Shown here: positions 7,684-19,599 of the stretch, in pieces
Layout of the letters: every line of letters starts with the position of its first letter
Position numbering within the stretch: the stretch's first letter is position 1
From: an uncultured Nitrospiraceae bacterium
Lineage (GTDB): Bacteria; Nitrospirota; Thermodesulfovibrionia; Thermodesulfovibrionales; SM23-35
NCBI GenBank assembly: GCA_963727775.1
Contig: CAVSHB010000001.1
Span: forward strand, 1,248,001 to 1,312,000
Direction: 5' to 3'
Length of the DNA: 64,000 bases
Made by a program: the position numbers and the translations under genes
The notes under the pieces: model-generated
What the model was told of the DNA's origin: nothing
Databases searched by the model: none
The model's input: the letters and a program-made list of their open reading frames with translations, nothing else

Positions 7684-10600
7684 ACAAAAGCATCGGGTAT
7701 CATAAATCGTATACCGTAAATTTTCTACTCCTTATCAGTTAAGATGACATCGGTTGCGGAGTACCAATCACAAGTAAACGATTACCTGGGTCCAAAGGTC
7801 TTCATCAATGCTTCATCAAACACGCACTTCTGTCATTTTTCAGCAAGTGTGGAGTATTCTTGTAAATGCGCGAACTCAAGCCTGGTTGGATTGCGAACTG
7901 AGTCTATAGTTTCACTTTTAAATGTATCTTGCACTGACACGAAATTACAAGATCATCCCGATTGACTTCCGGGATTTATTTCCCCAAAACTTCTCTTATT
8001 TTTTGCAAAAGCTTCGTCGGTGAAGCAGGTTTTTCGATATATGCAAATCCTTTTTCAATAATCCCGTGTTTGTGAATGATATCTGCCGGATATCCACTCA
8101 TAAACAGCACCTTGATATCAGGCTTTATTTGCTTGATCTCATCATACGCCTCTTTACCGTTCTTGTTCGGCATTATTACATCAAGGAGTACAAACTGAAT
8201 TTCATTCTTGTACCCCTTGAATTTGTTTATAGCATCCTGACCATCTATCGCGGTTATTACCTGATAACCATTTTCTTCAAGCAATTCCCTTGTGAATTCC
8301 CTTACCTCAGTTTCATCCTCTGCCAACAGCACTGTCTCCGTGCCTTTTTCAACAGTTTGTATAGCTTCAGGTTTTATCTCTTCTGCCTCTGCCCGTATCA
8401 ACGGTAAATAAATTCTGAACGTGGTCCCTCTACCCAGTTCACTGTAAACATTGATATGTCCTTCATGCTGTTTGATTATCCCGTATACCATGGCAAGCCC
8501 AAGTCCTGTACCCTTACCGACTTCTTTTGTAGTGAAGAAAGGTTCAAATATTTTCTCCCTTGTCTCTCTTTCCATGCCGGCGCCTGTATCGGTCAACGAT
8601 ATAAGAGCATATTTTCCTTCTTTTCCAAAACCATGCCCTTTTATGAATCCGTTGTCAATAGCAACAATTTCAGTCCTGATAGTCAAAATCCCGCCTTTAG
8701 GCATTGCGTCCCTTGCATTCGTTGCAAGGTTCATCAATACCTGTTCTGCCTGCCCGGGGTCTGCCATGACAATCAGGGCTTTCTCTGAAAGTGTAGTTTG
8801 TAAGCGGATATCTTCCCCTATAATTCTTGATAGTAAATGATCTATTCTTTTGATAATCTCATTGAGATCTATCGGCCTTGGATTGATTATCTGTTTCCTG
8901 CTGAAGGCAAGAAGGCTTTTGGTCAAATTAGCCGCTTTATCTGATAATAAGAGGATGTTATCGGCATAACTCCTTAAAGGGTCCTCTTCTTTCAGCTTCA
9001 TTTTCAGCAGATGACCATACCCCGTCATTGCGGTGAGGATATTATTGAAGTCGTGGGCAATGCCGCCTGCGAGCTGTCCGACAGTATCCATCTTCTGGGC
9101 ATGAAGAAGCTGGGCATGCAGCTTCTCTTTCTCATGTTCTACCTTTTTTCTTGTAATGATCTCAGCATGGTATCGGCAATAGTACGCAGGAAATCTTCCT
9201 CTTTTTGGCTTCTGATATGCCCTTCTTTAAGATGGATATTTATTACTCCCAATATACTTTTGCCAAACAGGAGGGGCACAGCATAGTGACCGTGAGGAGC
9301 TATCCCTTCGCAACAGATTTCATGTCTTTCATCAATATGGTCGGCAAACTGTATTTGCCGGGTTTGCGCTGCCTTTCCGCAAAGGCACTTTCCGAAAGAA
9401 ATGTGTGATTTTATGAGCGGTTCGGGAAGATTGATTTGAGCTTTCATCACCAGAACATCTGTCTGATCTTCTGCGATAGATATACTGCCAATTGGTTCAA
9501 AGGCAATCCAAGGATTTGAAACTATCATATTCAATGCATTCCGCAGAAATTCCTCTACTGGTATTTGTTTCATTGATTCGATCATAATCATGTTGATCGT
9601 AGTCTGGGCAAAGTAGTTATTATAAAGTTCTGCTTCTGAGGCCCGGAGCGCCTCTTCAGCACGTTTGCTATCGGTGATGTCTCTGACGGTAGCCTGGAGG
9701 AACCGCCTTCCTGCCAGCTCCATTCGTGTTAGTAATACGGTGGCGGGGAACTCCTCTCCGTCAATCCTCTTATGTATCCACTCAAAAAAATGGGAACCTT
9801 CCCGCATAGCTGTTTCAATCATCTCCTTAGCCTTTTCGCCCGAAGCGCGCCCGTCAGGCTGTCGCTCCGGCGATAGCTGCCAAGGCGCGTGGGAAATGAA
9901 ATCCTCCTCATTCTTACACCTGAACATGGTAACTGTTGCCGGATTTCCGGAAGTGAATGCCCAAGAAGGTGGCTCCAAAGTCATTAAAGCGTCGCGAGAG
10001 CTTTCGAAGAGGCTGCGGAACCTCTCTTCGCTATTCTTCAGCGCCTCATCCGCCCGCTTGCGCTCAGCGATTTGGTGCACAAGTTGTTCATTGGCGATTA
10101 AAAGTTCTTCAGAACGTCTGAGATTGACCAAGAGGAAGCCGCTTAGAAGTCCTGTCAATAGCAGTCCAATTGATAAAGCTCCCCAAGGCTGCAGGCTTTT
10201 ATTTTTTGCAATGTAATCGGGTGTTGGCACGCACCGTAGCAGCCATTCCCTCCCTGCCACATTTAACGTTTTGGCAAATGTGAGACCTCTGCTTGGCTCT
10301 GGCCCCTCATCACTTATTGGTGAGGCTGTTGTTATTCGCGTTCTTGCAGGGTGGAAGCAGAGAAGACGCTCTTTCTCTGGTAAAGATCTATCATAAAGAT
10401 AGACATCGATTCCTTCGGGCTTTAGATAAGTAAGGGATTTCTCCATGATATCACCGATCCGAAAGACACCTAGGGCAAAACCCAGCAGCCCTTCCCGACG
10501 AGCCAAGACCGAATTGTCAGGAGCACCTCTCTTATATATTGGAGAAAAAACAAGAAATCCAAATTGATTTGTCTTCTCCTGCACCAGTACTATGCGTGCA

Positions 10601-11069
10601 GTGGCAACCTCCTCCCCCGTGTCGCGCGACCGCTCAAGTGATTCTTTCCGCGTTGGGTTCGAAGCCAGATCGAACCCTAAGGCGATCTCATTGCCCTTGT
10701 AAGGCTCCACAAAATAGACTGGAAAATATTCTGCTCTTTGACCGGCCCGTACCATTTTCCCATGAGCTACCCATTCGGTAATCTGGAAACCGGAGAAACC
10801 ATCTCTTTGAGCGGCCTTTTCATATTCTTCTCGCTGACTATTAGATGTGCGCGGTATCCATTCAAGCGCTTGAATGCTGGGATGCTTCATCAAAAGAGGT
10901 GTTGAGAAAGCGTGAAACTCTGCTTTGGTAATCCTTCCTGAAAGAACATAAAAAGCTTTGAGCATTAAAAGCGCTTGCATATCAGATTCGATTTCTCTCT
11001 TCAAAAAGGCATAGCGGTTTTCTGCGCTCCGATCGAAGTCTTCCAACAACCTTTGGCGCTCCCAGTTAT

Positions 11070-12690
11070 CCCAAAAAATGCAGTTGACCTAAAATAATAT
11101 CCTCAAAGAAATTCTCCTTTCGTATTAGAATCAATAGGTTTGACCGACCATCAACTCTAAACGAAAGGAGAATAGAAATATGCAGTCAAAATGTAGCACA
11201 AACATTGAAATAAATAAAGTGAGGATTGGATTTACGGAGAAGAAGCTGACTGCATATGGGGGCTTCAGTTTATTGGCGGCATTCTTTGAAAAGGTCAAAT
11301 TGAGAGGGATATTGCAAGAGGTGATTCCGGTCCATGAGAGTTCGCCCAATGGAATGGGGATATACAGCAAGGTATTGGCGTACATACTTCTGATCTATGC
11401 GGGAGGCAGCAGGTTTTCTCATCTGCTTTATCTTGGCTGGCAGGAGATTTTCACTGATCTTTTTGCAGTGAAGAGGCTTCCTTTAGCCTCTACGACATTG
11501 GGCAGGCTTTTCAGGAAGATCAGGAAACTGAAGGATGTGGAAGAGATGTCGGAGGGGTTATGGGGATACTTGAAGAAATTGATTCCCTGGGAGGAGCTCA
11601 AAGAGGACTGGTTGACGTTTGATTCTACAGTCCTTGAGAGATACGGCAAACAGGAGGGGGCAAAGAGGGGATATAACCCGAAGAAGAAGGGCCGTGGTAG
11701 CCACAGCCCGCTTCTGGCATTTCTGAACAAGAGCAAATATGTGGTGCATCTGTGGAATCGTCCGGGCAATGTGATGTCATGGAATAATATCATTGGATTT
11801 TTCGAGTCCACATGGCAGAGGATCAGCGAGCATATTGATATTAAGGGTGTTATTGCGGACAGCGGATTTTATCTCAGGGAATTTATCGAGCTTTTGGAGC
11901 GGAGAAAATTAATCTATATCATAGCCGCTCGTCTGTACCATCCTTTGCAGAGAATGGTTTATGCACAACAAAATTGGCAGCAGATAGAGGATGGAATATG
12001 GATCACGGAGTTTCTTTTTCAGCATGCGGATTGGATAACCGACAGGAGATTCATTGCAGTTCGGCAGGATATAAAGAAGAGACCGCACGCGATGGGAAAG
12101 GAGCTGTCTCTCTTTGGAGATGAGTTTGATACAGGTAACTATCGTTATAGCGTATGGATAACCAATTCGCATGATCCTGCATATGAGGTATGGAAGCAGT
12201 GCAGGCCGAGGGCAAACGATGAAAACACTATCAAGGAACTGAAAGAGGATTTTGCGCTTGGTGGGTTCTCGATGAAGTATTTCTATTCAACAGAGGCGGC
12301 GATGCTTATCCGGGTATTCATCTACAATCTGTTTGTCCTGTTTCGACATCAGATACTGGGGCAGCAAGAAAAGATAGAACGCTTGAAGACCTTGCGGTAT
12401 AAGTATTTTGTACTCCCCGCTCATTTGGGATGGGATGGCAGGAAGCCTGTATTGCGAATATCCGTCTTTACGCAGAAAGTACGATCAAAACTGTTATACC
12501 TCTTTAACCGCATAGGACAATACTTTCCGCCCGGTATCGGTATTTGCACTGCAGTTGGAAGATGACAATAAAATTCAAAAGGAGATGTGCCAAGAAACAG
12601 TGCAAAGATTAGCTTTGCTAACGCTAATTCCGATAATGCCTTGATGGGCTTGTATCTACAGGTATGTCTTTTCTATCTGCACTTTTCGGG
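11070..12690 (+). mobile_element. IS1380-family insertion sequence, 1621 bp
   Basis: Imperfect terminal inverted repeats CCCAAAAAATGCAGTT (left) and CCCGAAAAGTGCAGAT (right, reverse complement); 4-bp direct repeat TTAT at 11066-11069 and 12691-12694. Confidence 0.9.
11180..12565 (+). CDS. IS1380-family DDE transposase
   Basis: 461 aa; LTAYGG, TFDST, GYNPKKKG, IADSGF, ENTIKELK; SD AAGGAG. Confidence 0.9.
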   Translation: MQSKCSTNIEINKVRIGFTEKKLTAYGGFSLLAAFFEKVKLRGILQEVIPVHESSPNGMGIYSKVLAYILLIYAGGSRFSHLLYLGWQEIFTDLFAVKRLPLASTTLGRLFRKIRKLKDVEEMSEGLWGYLKKLIPWEELKEDWLTFDSTVLERYGKQEGAKRGYNPKKKGRGSHSPLLAFLNKSKYVVHLWNRPGNVMSWNNIIGFFESTWQRISEHIDIKGVIADSGFYLREFIELLERRKLIYIIAARLYHPLQRMVYAQQNWQQIEDGIWITEFLFQHADWITDRRFIAVRQDIKKRPHAMGKELSLFGDEFDTGNYRYSVWITNSHDPAYEVWKQCRPRANDENTIKELKEDFALGGFSMKYFYSTEAAMLIRVFIYNLFVLFRHQILGQQEKIERLKTLRYKYFVLPAHLGWDGRKPVLRISVFTQKVRSKLLYLFNRIGQYFPPGIGICTAVGR

Positions 12691-12970
12691 TTATGTGCAA
12701 CAATAAAGGCCCCTACAGACAGCGCACCACCAGTGAGAATTATCACTCCGATTGTGATGATTTTTTGTTTGATCACAGAAGTAATCATCTCTTTTTCACG
12801 ACTCCATTTAATGAAACTTTGCTCAGAATATACAAGATCTGACGTGGTTTTGCAAACATGCGACTGGGGGAAGTTCTCATTTCAACAATGCAGAGTATTT
12901 GGATGTATTACTCGCTTATTACATTGTTGCAGAAGAGCGCGTTTCTTTGGGAAAGACCAGCAGTTGGTGT

Positions 12971-15715
12971 TTAATTGTCTATAACATTTCTTACTTTTAT
13001 TAAGAGGTTATCCGGTGAAGTAGGTTTTGAGATAAAGTTCAGACCAACTTCTAAAAGTCCTTTTTTATAAATAACATCCGCACTATATCCACTGACAAAA
13101 ATTACTTTTATATTAGCCTTAATCTTTCTTATCTCTGCATACACTTCTTTCCCATTTTTCTTTGGCATGATAACATCAAGAATAAGTAGATGGATATTAT
13201 CTTTATTTTTATCAAATACCTTTACGGCATCATTTCCGTCAACTGCTTCTATAATGTGATACCCTGCATTTGAAAGTACCTCTTTCAGGAGGTTTCTCAC
13301 CTGCGCATTATCCTCTCCGACAAGGATTGTTTCACTGCCTCCTTTTACCTTCTGTGAGTCCTCAGGTTTAATTTCTTTAACCTCTGATTGAATCAATGGC
13401 AATAAAATCTTGAATGTCGTGCCCCTTCCGGATTCACTGTATACGTTGATATATCCATTATGCTGTTTGACAATCCCATAAACCATTGCAAGTCCAAGGC
13501 CTGTGCCTTTCCCTACCTCCTTTGTTGTAAAAAATGGCTCAAATATTCTCTCCCTGATATTCTCATCCATGCCGGTTCCCGTGTCCTCAACTGACAGCAG
13601 GGCATAAGAACCCGGTTTGCCGTAATCATAGGCCTTGATATACTCAAGATTTATTTCCACACGGTCTGTCCTGATTATGAAACTTCCTCCTTTGGGCATA
13701 GCGTCCTGCGCGTTTGTGGCAAGGTTCATGAGTATCTGATCTATCTGAGTGCTATCAGCCATAATGGTTAAATCAGCATTTGTAAGAATGGTAGTGAGTT
13801 CTATATCCTCACCTATTACCCTCAATAAAAGACTTTCCATATCTTTGATTATCTTGTTCAGATTCACCGGTTGAAGATTGACTATCTGTTTTCTGCTGAA
13901 AGTCAGAAGGTCATTCGTTAAAATAGCAGCCCTATCGGCAGCGCTTAAAATTTGCCCCACATAAGCACTCATGTGGTCATCTAGAGGTGCTTCATTTTTC
14001 AATAGGTGACCATAACCTATGATAGCTGTCAGAAGATTGTTGAAATCATGAGCTACCCCTCCGGCAAGCTGACCTATAGCCTCCATCTTCTGTGCCTGAA
14101 GAAGCTGTTCCTCAAGCTTTTTCTGGACGGTTATATCCCTGAGAAAATTCAGTGTGGCTGGCCTTCCTTCCCAAGTTGATAGCTCTGTGCTGATTTCAAC
14201 CCATAATGTTTCTCCTGCTTTATTGATGATCCTGAAAGAATACACAGATGGAACATCCTCTCCTCGCAATCTTCTCTGGAGTCTATCCATAACCATATCT
14301 TTATCATCGGCATGCAGGAAATGGGAAAAATGTACGCCTGTCAATTCTTTCTTTGTATATCCTAAAATTGCTATCGATTGTCGGTTTCGAAACTTTATTA
14401 TTTCGTCCTGCACAATAAAAATAGCATCATTTGCATTTTCTACGACAAGACGGTATTTCTCTTCAGAGGCCATTAGCGCTTCTTCAGCTCTCTTTCGGTC
14501 GGTGACATCTAGGAAAGTTGCAATCGTGCCCTGTAATCTGCCATCGTCAGATAATAAAGGAGCGCCATAAACCAAAACAATGCGCTTGCCGCCACGTTTT
14601 CCTACCATCTCCAGCTCGTAGCTTGATGCAATTCCTTCTAACCGCTTCCTGTGCTCATGTGCCACTTTTTTCAGACTTTCTGTGGTGAAAAATGATTGCC
14701 ATTCCTGGCCGAATATCTCATTAGCATTCTCAACTTCGAGCATATGACACATAGCTGAATTTATATAAACAGTTCTATGATCCGTGTCGTCCTGCCAAAT
14801 GCCTGTCGGGGTGCTTTCAACAAGAGTGCGAAACAGTTTTTCACTATCACGCAACGCTCCCTCAGCTTTCATACGTTTGGTGATATCTCTGAAACTCCAT
14901 ACGCGACCTTCTATTTCACCATCTCTAAGCAAAGGGGCCGAAAACCGTTCAAACACCCGCTTATCCTTAAAAAATAGCTTATCCACATCTTCTCCGGTTG
15001 ATTTATACAGTTTCTTGACTTTAGAAAGAAAAGTATTTGAGTCTTCTAACTGATCAAGGACATAGCTGAGTAGCTTCGCGTCGTCTTTCTGCACTATGAG
15101 ATCTGACGGAATGCGCCACATCTCTGCAAACCGCTTATTCGAATGTGTTACCTCACCCTTTTTATTAACAACAAGGATACCATCTGCAGTTGCTTCGATA
15201 GTATTTCTAAGAAGATCCTTGCTTTCCTGCAGTGCTTCCTCTGCCTTCTTGCGCTCGGTAATGTCTCGGATTGCTGCATGGAGCATTGGTCGGCCAGCAA
15301 TCGATATAAGAGTACAGATCAGCTCTGTGAGAACCGGAGTCCGGCTTGCATCGTGTTTGAAGTGCGCCCACTCATATCGTGCTGAACCTCGCTCCAGAAC
15401 TGTTTTGAGAATTTCATCCCCCTTCTCCCTGGACAGTGCGCCATTCGGCTGAAACTCAGGCGCAAAATCTTCAGGTGTATGCCCAATAACCTCGGTCTTG
15501 TCTTGTAAGGCAAAAAGATCAAGGAACGCATCATTACAATCGACAACCTTTCCTTCGTGGTTCAAAAGGAGTTGGGCTTCCGCGGATTTCTTGAAAAGTG
15601 TCTTGAACCGCTTCTCACTATCTTGCAATGCCTCTTCAGCCTGCTTGCGCAGAGCCTCCAATTCCTCGATAAGATGTTTTTTTGTCTTTGCTTGGTCTTT
15701 CATTAAAAGTTCCAC
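12971..15715 (-). CDS. Cytoplasmic multi-PAS hybrid histidine kinase/response regulator
   Basis: Four PAS repeats ending in DITERK-type motifs, [24 protein letters not shown], receiver ILDVIMP. Confidence 0.92.
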   Translation of the reverse strand: MELLMKDQAKTKKHLIEELEALRKQAEEALQDSEKRFKTLFKKSAEAQLLLNHEGKVVDCNDAFLDLFALQDKTEVIGHTPEDFAPEFQPNGALSREKGDEILKTVLERGSARYEWAHFKHDASRTPVLTELICTLISIAGRPMLHAAIRDITERKKAEEALQESKDLLRNTIEATADGILVVNKKGEVTHSNKRFAEMWRIPSDLIVQKDDAKLLSYVLDQLEDSNTFLSKVKKLYKSTGEDVDKLFFKDKRVFERFSAPLLRDGEIEGRVWSFRDITKRMKAEGALRDSEKLFRTLVESTPTGIWQDDTDHRTVYINSAMCHMLEVENANEIFGQEWQSFFTTESLKKVAHEHRKRLEGIASSYELEMVGKRGGKRIVLVYGAPLLSDDGRLQGTIATFLDVTDRKRAEEALMASEEKYRLVVENANDAIFIVQDEIIKFRNRQSIAILGYTKKELTGVHFSHFLHADDKDMVMDRLQRRLRGEDVPSVYSFRIINKAGETLWVEISTELSTWEGRPATLNFLRDITVQKKLEEQLLQAQKMEAIGQLAGGVAHDFNNLLTAIIGYGHLLKNEAPLDDHMSAYVGQILSAADRAAILTNDLLTFSRKQIVNLQPVNLNKIIKDMESLLLRVIGEDIELTTILTNADLTIMADSTQIDQILMNLATNAQDAMPKGGSFIIRTDRVEINLEYIKAYDYGKPGSYALLSVEDTGTGMDENIRERIFEPFFTTKEVGKGTGLGLAMVYGIVKQHNGYINVYSESGRGTTFKILLPLIQSEVKEIKPEDSQKVKGGSETILVGEDNAQVRNLLKEVLSNAGYHIIEAVDGNDAVKVFDKNKDNIHLLILDVIMPKKNGKEVYAEIRKIKANIKVIFVSGYSADVIYKKGLLEVGLNFISKPTSPDNLLIKVRNVIDN

Positions 15716-16217
15716 ACTGAATGAATTTAAATAAGGTTATTGAAAAAACAATCCATTCTATAAGTTGGGATATGTGAGTGAGTATAAATTTTGCGAAAAG
15801 TCATTTTTGCACCATTGATACTATAGAAATGTTAACTTGATTTCGATTATACCATCTACAAATAATATTGCAACTGAACTGAATGAACTCCGCAAAAACT
15901 GCAAGCATTTAGATGGGTGTCAAGCTAACTTCACATGTCTAATTCCTTACAAAAATTGAAGTGACCCATTGCAGATTTCCCTGTTAGAGCTTACATGACA
16001 GGACAAACATTTATTCTTATTGAGTACAATCATAAATAATTACTTAATGATAAGGAATACCTTGCACATTCCTATGTGTACTCAAATTTTTGAGGATATT
16101 ATCTCGGCTGCGCAGTATAGGTAAAAATAAACAACGGGGTTAAATTTCGTGAATAAGGACGCAGTGAACTCGTCAAAATCCCTCGTGTAATATATTCAAA
16201 TAAAAAGCATATTACGC

Positions 16218-16287
16218 TGTCCATAATACTCCGGAATAGGTTTTCCAAATGATCCGGAATGAGTGACCATAATCACCGGAATACGCT
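16218..16287. mobile_element. Orphan IS21-family-like terminal repeat
   Basis: CCGGAAT at 16231, 16254 and 16276 (23 and 22 bp spacing), ending CCGGAATACGC; reverse complement GCGTATTCCGGTGATTATGGTCACTCATTCCGG resembles IS21-type ends; no istA/istB nearby. Confidence 0.55.
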
Positions 16288-16361
16288 ATCGAGAAAGGAT
16301 TTTCTGCGTATATAAATGACAAAGGCGCAGTAAGTATATCTTGCCCGGCCATCGATATAAA

Positions 16362-16904
16362 TCAGTAATTTGTGATGTGCTCGATGATCTTCATCTGTGA
16401 ATCAGCGTTGCTCCAGATTATCTGGATAGAATCACCCGATATGCTTTTCCAATACAGCCCCGTCGGCGTATACAGGTGGGACTCCGTGGAAAGCCGGTAT
16501 TTGAGAACTATCGGCTCAACATCCTGCCCGACATAGATGCGGCCTTTAAGCACCGAATCAAAAAAAGCAAACTCCAATTTGTATTTCCATAGCAGCAGGC
16601 CGTCCCTGTAAATCGTCAAAAGGTCTGAATAGGCCTCCAGGAGGTCTTTTTCTCTTTTCGTGGTTCCCGCGTTTCTTAATGCTGTAAGTTCGGTTGAAAG
16701 CTGCTGTATATGGTCGGCGACCTGCTGGTAGGATTCGCCTGCGGCTATCGAGGTTTTTACCGAAAGGCCAGCGCTGTTCAATTTATCGAATTTGTTCTTG
16801 TTAATTTCCGGTTCTGATGTACAGGCGCTATTGAGAATAAAAATAATCAATAGCGTCACCAATAAGCTTTTCAGTCCTTTCGTTTCAAATAACAATATTT
16901 TCAC
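16362..16904 (-). CDS. Hypothetical lipoprotein
   Basis: Hydrophobic leader ending in lipobox-like LNSAC. Confidence 0.65.
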   Translation of the reverse strand: MKILLFETKGLKSLLVTLLIIFILNSACTSEPEINKNKFDKLNSAGLSVKTSIAAGESYQQVADHIQQLSTELTALRNAGTTKREKDLLEAYSDLLTIYRDGLLLWKYKLEFAFFDSVLKGRIYVGQDVEPIVLKYRLSTESHLYTPTGLYWKSISGDSIQIIWSNADSQMKIIEHITNY

Positions 16905-16939
16905 ACCATCTCGCTATATTTATAGTATATTAATAACTT

Positions 16940-18583
16940 ATGAAAAAAGAAGTTGTAAAGATAATTGAAGATTCGCTGAAAAAACTCGGGGTTGAGGCGG
17001 TCCCTGCGATAGAGATCGAAGTTCCGCCGAATGATTCCTTTGGCGATCTGGCTACGCCGGTGGCGATGTCTCTCGCCAAGGTATTGAAAAAAGCTCCTAA
17101 AAGAATTGCGGAAGAGCTTGCAGGTTTAATGAAAGATGAGACTGTTTTCGAGAAGATAGAGATTGCCGGACCCGGGTTCATCAACTTCACGTTCTCAAAG
17201 GAATACCTTTATTCGGAAATAAAAAAAATGATGCAGTACGAAAGCAGTTTTTTTAGGTCAGACATCGGAAAGGGCAGGAGGGTGCAGATTGAGTTTATAA
17301 GCGCAAACCCAACCGGTCCTTTGCATCTCGGGCATGGTAGGGGTGGCGCTATAGGCGAGGCCCTCTCGAATTTACTTAAGGCAGCGGGATATGTTGTCGA
17401 GCGGGAATATTACGTAAACGATGCAGGGAAGCAGGTAAAAATCCTCGGCCTATCTGTATTCGCGCGCTATCAGCAGCTTCTCGGGATTGAGTACCCGTTC
17501 CCTGAAGACGGATATAAGGGTGAGTATATAGAGGACATAGCGAACCGGATAATTAGAGAGCACGGGAAGAAATATATTCAGATGAGCTTTGATGAAGCAG
17601 CGGACTTTTTTATCGATCACTCGTATCAAAAAATATTATCCGGTATAGAAGAAGATCTGAAGGATTTCGGCATAGCCTTTGACACATGGCAGAGTGAAAG
17701 GGAGCTTTTTAAAGCAGGCGAGGTTGAGAAGGCCATGGAGGACCTGAAAATAAAAGGGTTTGTATACGAAAAAGACGGAGCTACATGGTTTAAGGCAACT
17801 GCATTCGGAGATGATAAGGACAGGGTCATCATCAAGCAGGACGGGGAATATACCTACTTTACATCCGATATCGCCTATCACAGGAAGAAGATAGAAAGGA
17901 AATTCGATGAGCTCATCGATATATGGGGCGCGGACCATCACGGCTACATCCCGAGGGTCCAGGCGGTCATCGAGGCCCTCGGTTACCCGAAGGAGAAATT
18001 GAAGGTCGTTCTTGTACAGATGGTCACGTTATTGAGAGGCGGAAAACTTGTCCAGATGTCGAAAAGGGCCGGTGAGTTCGTCACGCTCAGAGAGGTCATG
18101 GATGAGGTCGGCGCGGACACGACAAAATTCATATTCCTCACGAGAAGGCCGGACAGTCACCTCGAATTCGACCTTGAGACCGCGAAGGCCCAGTCGTCGG
18201 AAAACCCGGTATTTTATGTGCAGTATGCGAACGCCCGTATAAACAGCATATTCTCCCATGCAAAGGAGAAAGGAATATCTGTTGATACACTGTACGATTC
18301 GGACTTTACGCTTCTGTCGGAGAATGAGGAAATCAGCATAATCAAGAAGCTCCTTATGTATCCTATGATATTTGAGGGCGCTGCCGATGCCCATGAACCA
18401 CACAGGATCACATTCTACCTTCAGGAGCTCGCGGGGACATTTCATCCTTTCTATAATAGACACCGGGTAGTGCTCGATGATATGGCATTGACCAGGGCGA
18501 GACTTGCGCTATGCGACGCGATAAGGATTGTGCTCCGCCACGGCCTGGAGGTGCTTGGGATAAGCGCTCCGGACAGGATGTGA
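16940..18583 (+). CDS. argS: Arginine--tRNA ligase
   Basis: SANPTGPLHLGH, WGADHHGY, MSKRAG, YVQYA, C-terminal APDRM. Confidence 0.97.
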   Translation: MKKEVVKIIEDSLKKLGVEAVPAIEIEVPPNDSFGDLATPVAMSLAKVLKKAPKRIAEELAGLMKDETVFEKIEIAGPGFINFTFSKEYLYSEIKKMMQYESSFFRSDIGKGRRVQIEFISANPTGPLHLGHGRGGAIGEALSNLLKAAGYVVEREYYVNDAGKQVKILGLSVFARYQQLLGIEYPFPEDGYKGEYIEDIANRIIREHGKKYIQMSFDEAADFFIDHSYQKILSGIEEDLKDFGIAFDTWQSERELFKAGEVEKAMEDLKIKGFVYEKDGATWFKATAFGDDKDRVIIKQDGEYTYFTSDIAYHRKKIERKFDELIDIWGADHHGYIPRVQAVIEALGYPKEKLKVVLVQMVTLLRGGKLVQMSKRAGEFVTLREVMDEVGADTTKFIFLTRRPDSHLEFDLETAKAQSSENPVFYVQYANARINSIFSHAKEKGISVDTLYDSDFTLLSENEEISIIKKLLMYPMIFEGAADAHEPHRITFYLQELAGTFHPFYNRHRVVLDDMALTRARLALCDAIRIVLRHGLEVLGISAPDRM

Positions 18584-18613
18584 TTGACAATATCCATGAT
18601 ATCCTGTTATAAA
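18584..18613 (+). promoter_or_regulatory. Sigma70-type promoter for ilvE (leaderless or nearly so)
   Basis: TTGACA 18584-18589, TGnTATAAA 18605-18613, ATG at 18622, no SD. Confidence 0.55.
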
Positions 18614-18621
18614 TAACAACT

Positions 18622-19536
18622 ATGTTAAAGAAAACCGAAAAGATATGGATGGACGGCAAACTTGTGAATTGGGATGACGCCAATGTGCATGTCCTTACCC
18701 ATACCTTGCATTATGGGCTCGGTGTGTTTGAAGGTATAAGATGTTATGAAACCGGGAAAGGCCCGGCGATCTTCAGGCTTGATGAGCATGTCGACAGGCT
18801 CTTCAGTTCAGCCCATATCTTTATGATGGAAATCCCCTATTCAAAAAAAGAGATCAGAGATGCGATAATCAAGACAGTAAAAGTTAACAGGATAAAGGAA
18901 TGCTACATTAGGCCTCTGGTTTATATAGGGTATGGCGCAATGGGTCTGTATCCGAAAGAGAACCCGATTAATGTGTCTATCGCTGCATGGCCGTGGGGGG
19001 CCTATCTCGGAGATAAAGGGCTGACCGACGGTATCAGGATTAAAACTTCGTCTTTCATAAGGAACCATGTGAATGCGAACATGACGCGGGGGAAGGTCTG
19101 CGGGTACTATGTGAATTCACAGCTTGCCAAGAATGAGGCCATCTCATGCGGATACGATGAGGCGCTGCTGCTCGACACTGAAGGATATGTGTCCGAAGGT
19201 AGCGGCGAGAACGTATTTATTGTGAGAAACGGCCTGTTAAAGACCACGCCATTGACCTCCATACTCGAAGGTATAACGAGGAGCAGCATTTTGAAAATCG
19301 CTGGTGATGAAAAGATAAGGGTGGTTGAAGAAAGGTTTACACGAGACGAACTGTATATTGCTGATGAGGCATTTTTTACCGGCACCGCTGCAGAGGTGAC
19401 TCCTATCAGAGAGTCTGATGGGAGAGTTGTTGGGAAGGGAAAGCCGGGTGAAATAACCCAAAAACTGCAATCGATATTTTTTAATATTGTGAAGGGTAAG
19501 AATAAAAGATTTGAATCTTGGCTGACGAGGATCTGA
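18622..19536 (+). CDS. ilvE: Branched-chain amino acid aminotransferase
   Basis: [35 protein letters not shown]. Confidence 0.96.
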   Translation: MLKKTEKIWMDGKLVNWDDANVHVLTHTLHYGLGVFEGIRCYETGKGPAIFRLDEHVDRLFSSAHIFMMEIPYSKKEIRDAIIKTVKVNRIKECYIRPLVYIGYGAMGLYPKENPINVSIAAWPWGAYLGDKGLTDGIRIKTSSFIRNHVNANMTRGKVCGYYVNSQLAKNEAISCGYDEALLLDTEGYVSEGSGENVFIVRNGLLKTTPLTSILEGITRSSILKIAGDEKIRVVEERFTRDELYIADEAFFTGTAAEVTPIRESDGRVVGKGKPGEITQKLQSIFFNIVKGKNKRFESWLTRI

Positions 19537-19548
19537 CTTTTAAAATGC

Positions 19549-19585
19549 AAAAGGGGTGCGCATTTTAACTGCGCACCCCTTTTTT
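19549..19585. terminator. Bidirectional intrinsic terminator
   Basis: AAAAGGGGTGCGCA-loop-TGCGCACCCCTTTTTT between convergent genes. Confidence 0.9.
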
Positions 19586-19599
19586 GATTATTACTCCTA

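Larger units (their letters stand above)
7976..12788 (-). pseudogene. CHASE-PAS-GAF hybrid histidine kinase/receiver, interrupted by IS1380 and a 1-bp frameshift
   Basis: Removing the IS and one TTAT joins MITSVIKQKIITIGVIILTGGALSVGAFIVAHN to WERQRLLEDFDR in frame; a frame change at ~9166 joins IADTM to AEIITRKKVEHE...QKMDTVGQLAGGIAHDFNN; EPFFTTK/GTGLGL and receiver motifs follow. Confidence 0.85.

Noticed and set aside
7744..7965. 73-aa ORF or possible decayed gene
   Set aside because: No recognisable motif in the frames examined
12664..12984. 106-aa plus-strand ORF
   Set aside because: Antisense shadow of the kinase 5' end, and it crosses the IS boundary
15720..16200. AT-rich intergenic stretch with faint repeat-like motifs
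   Set aside because: No convincing ORF, RNA structure or paired ends; probably regulatory or decayed DNA
16218..16287. Possible mini-CRISPR
   Set aside because: The 22-23 bp period leaves no room for spacers, and there are no cas genes
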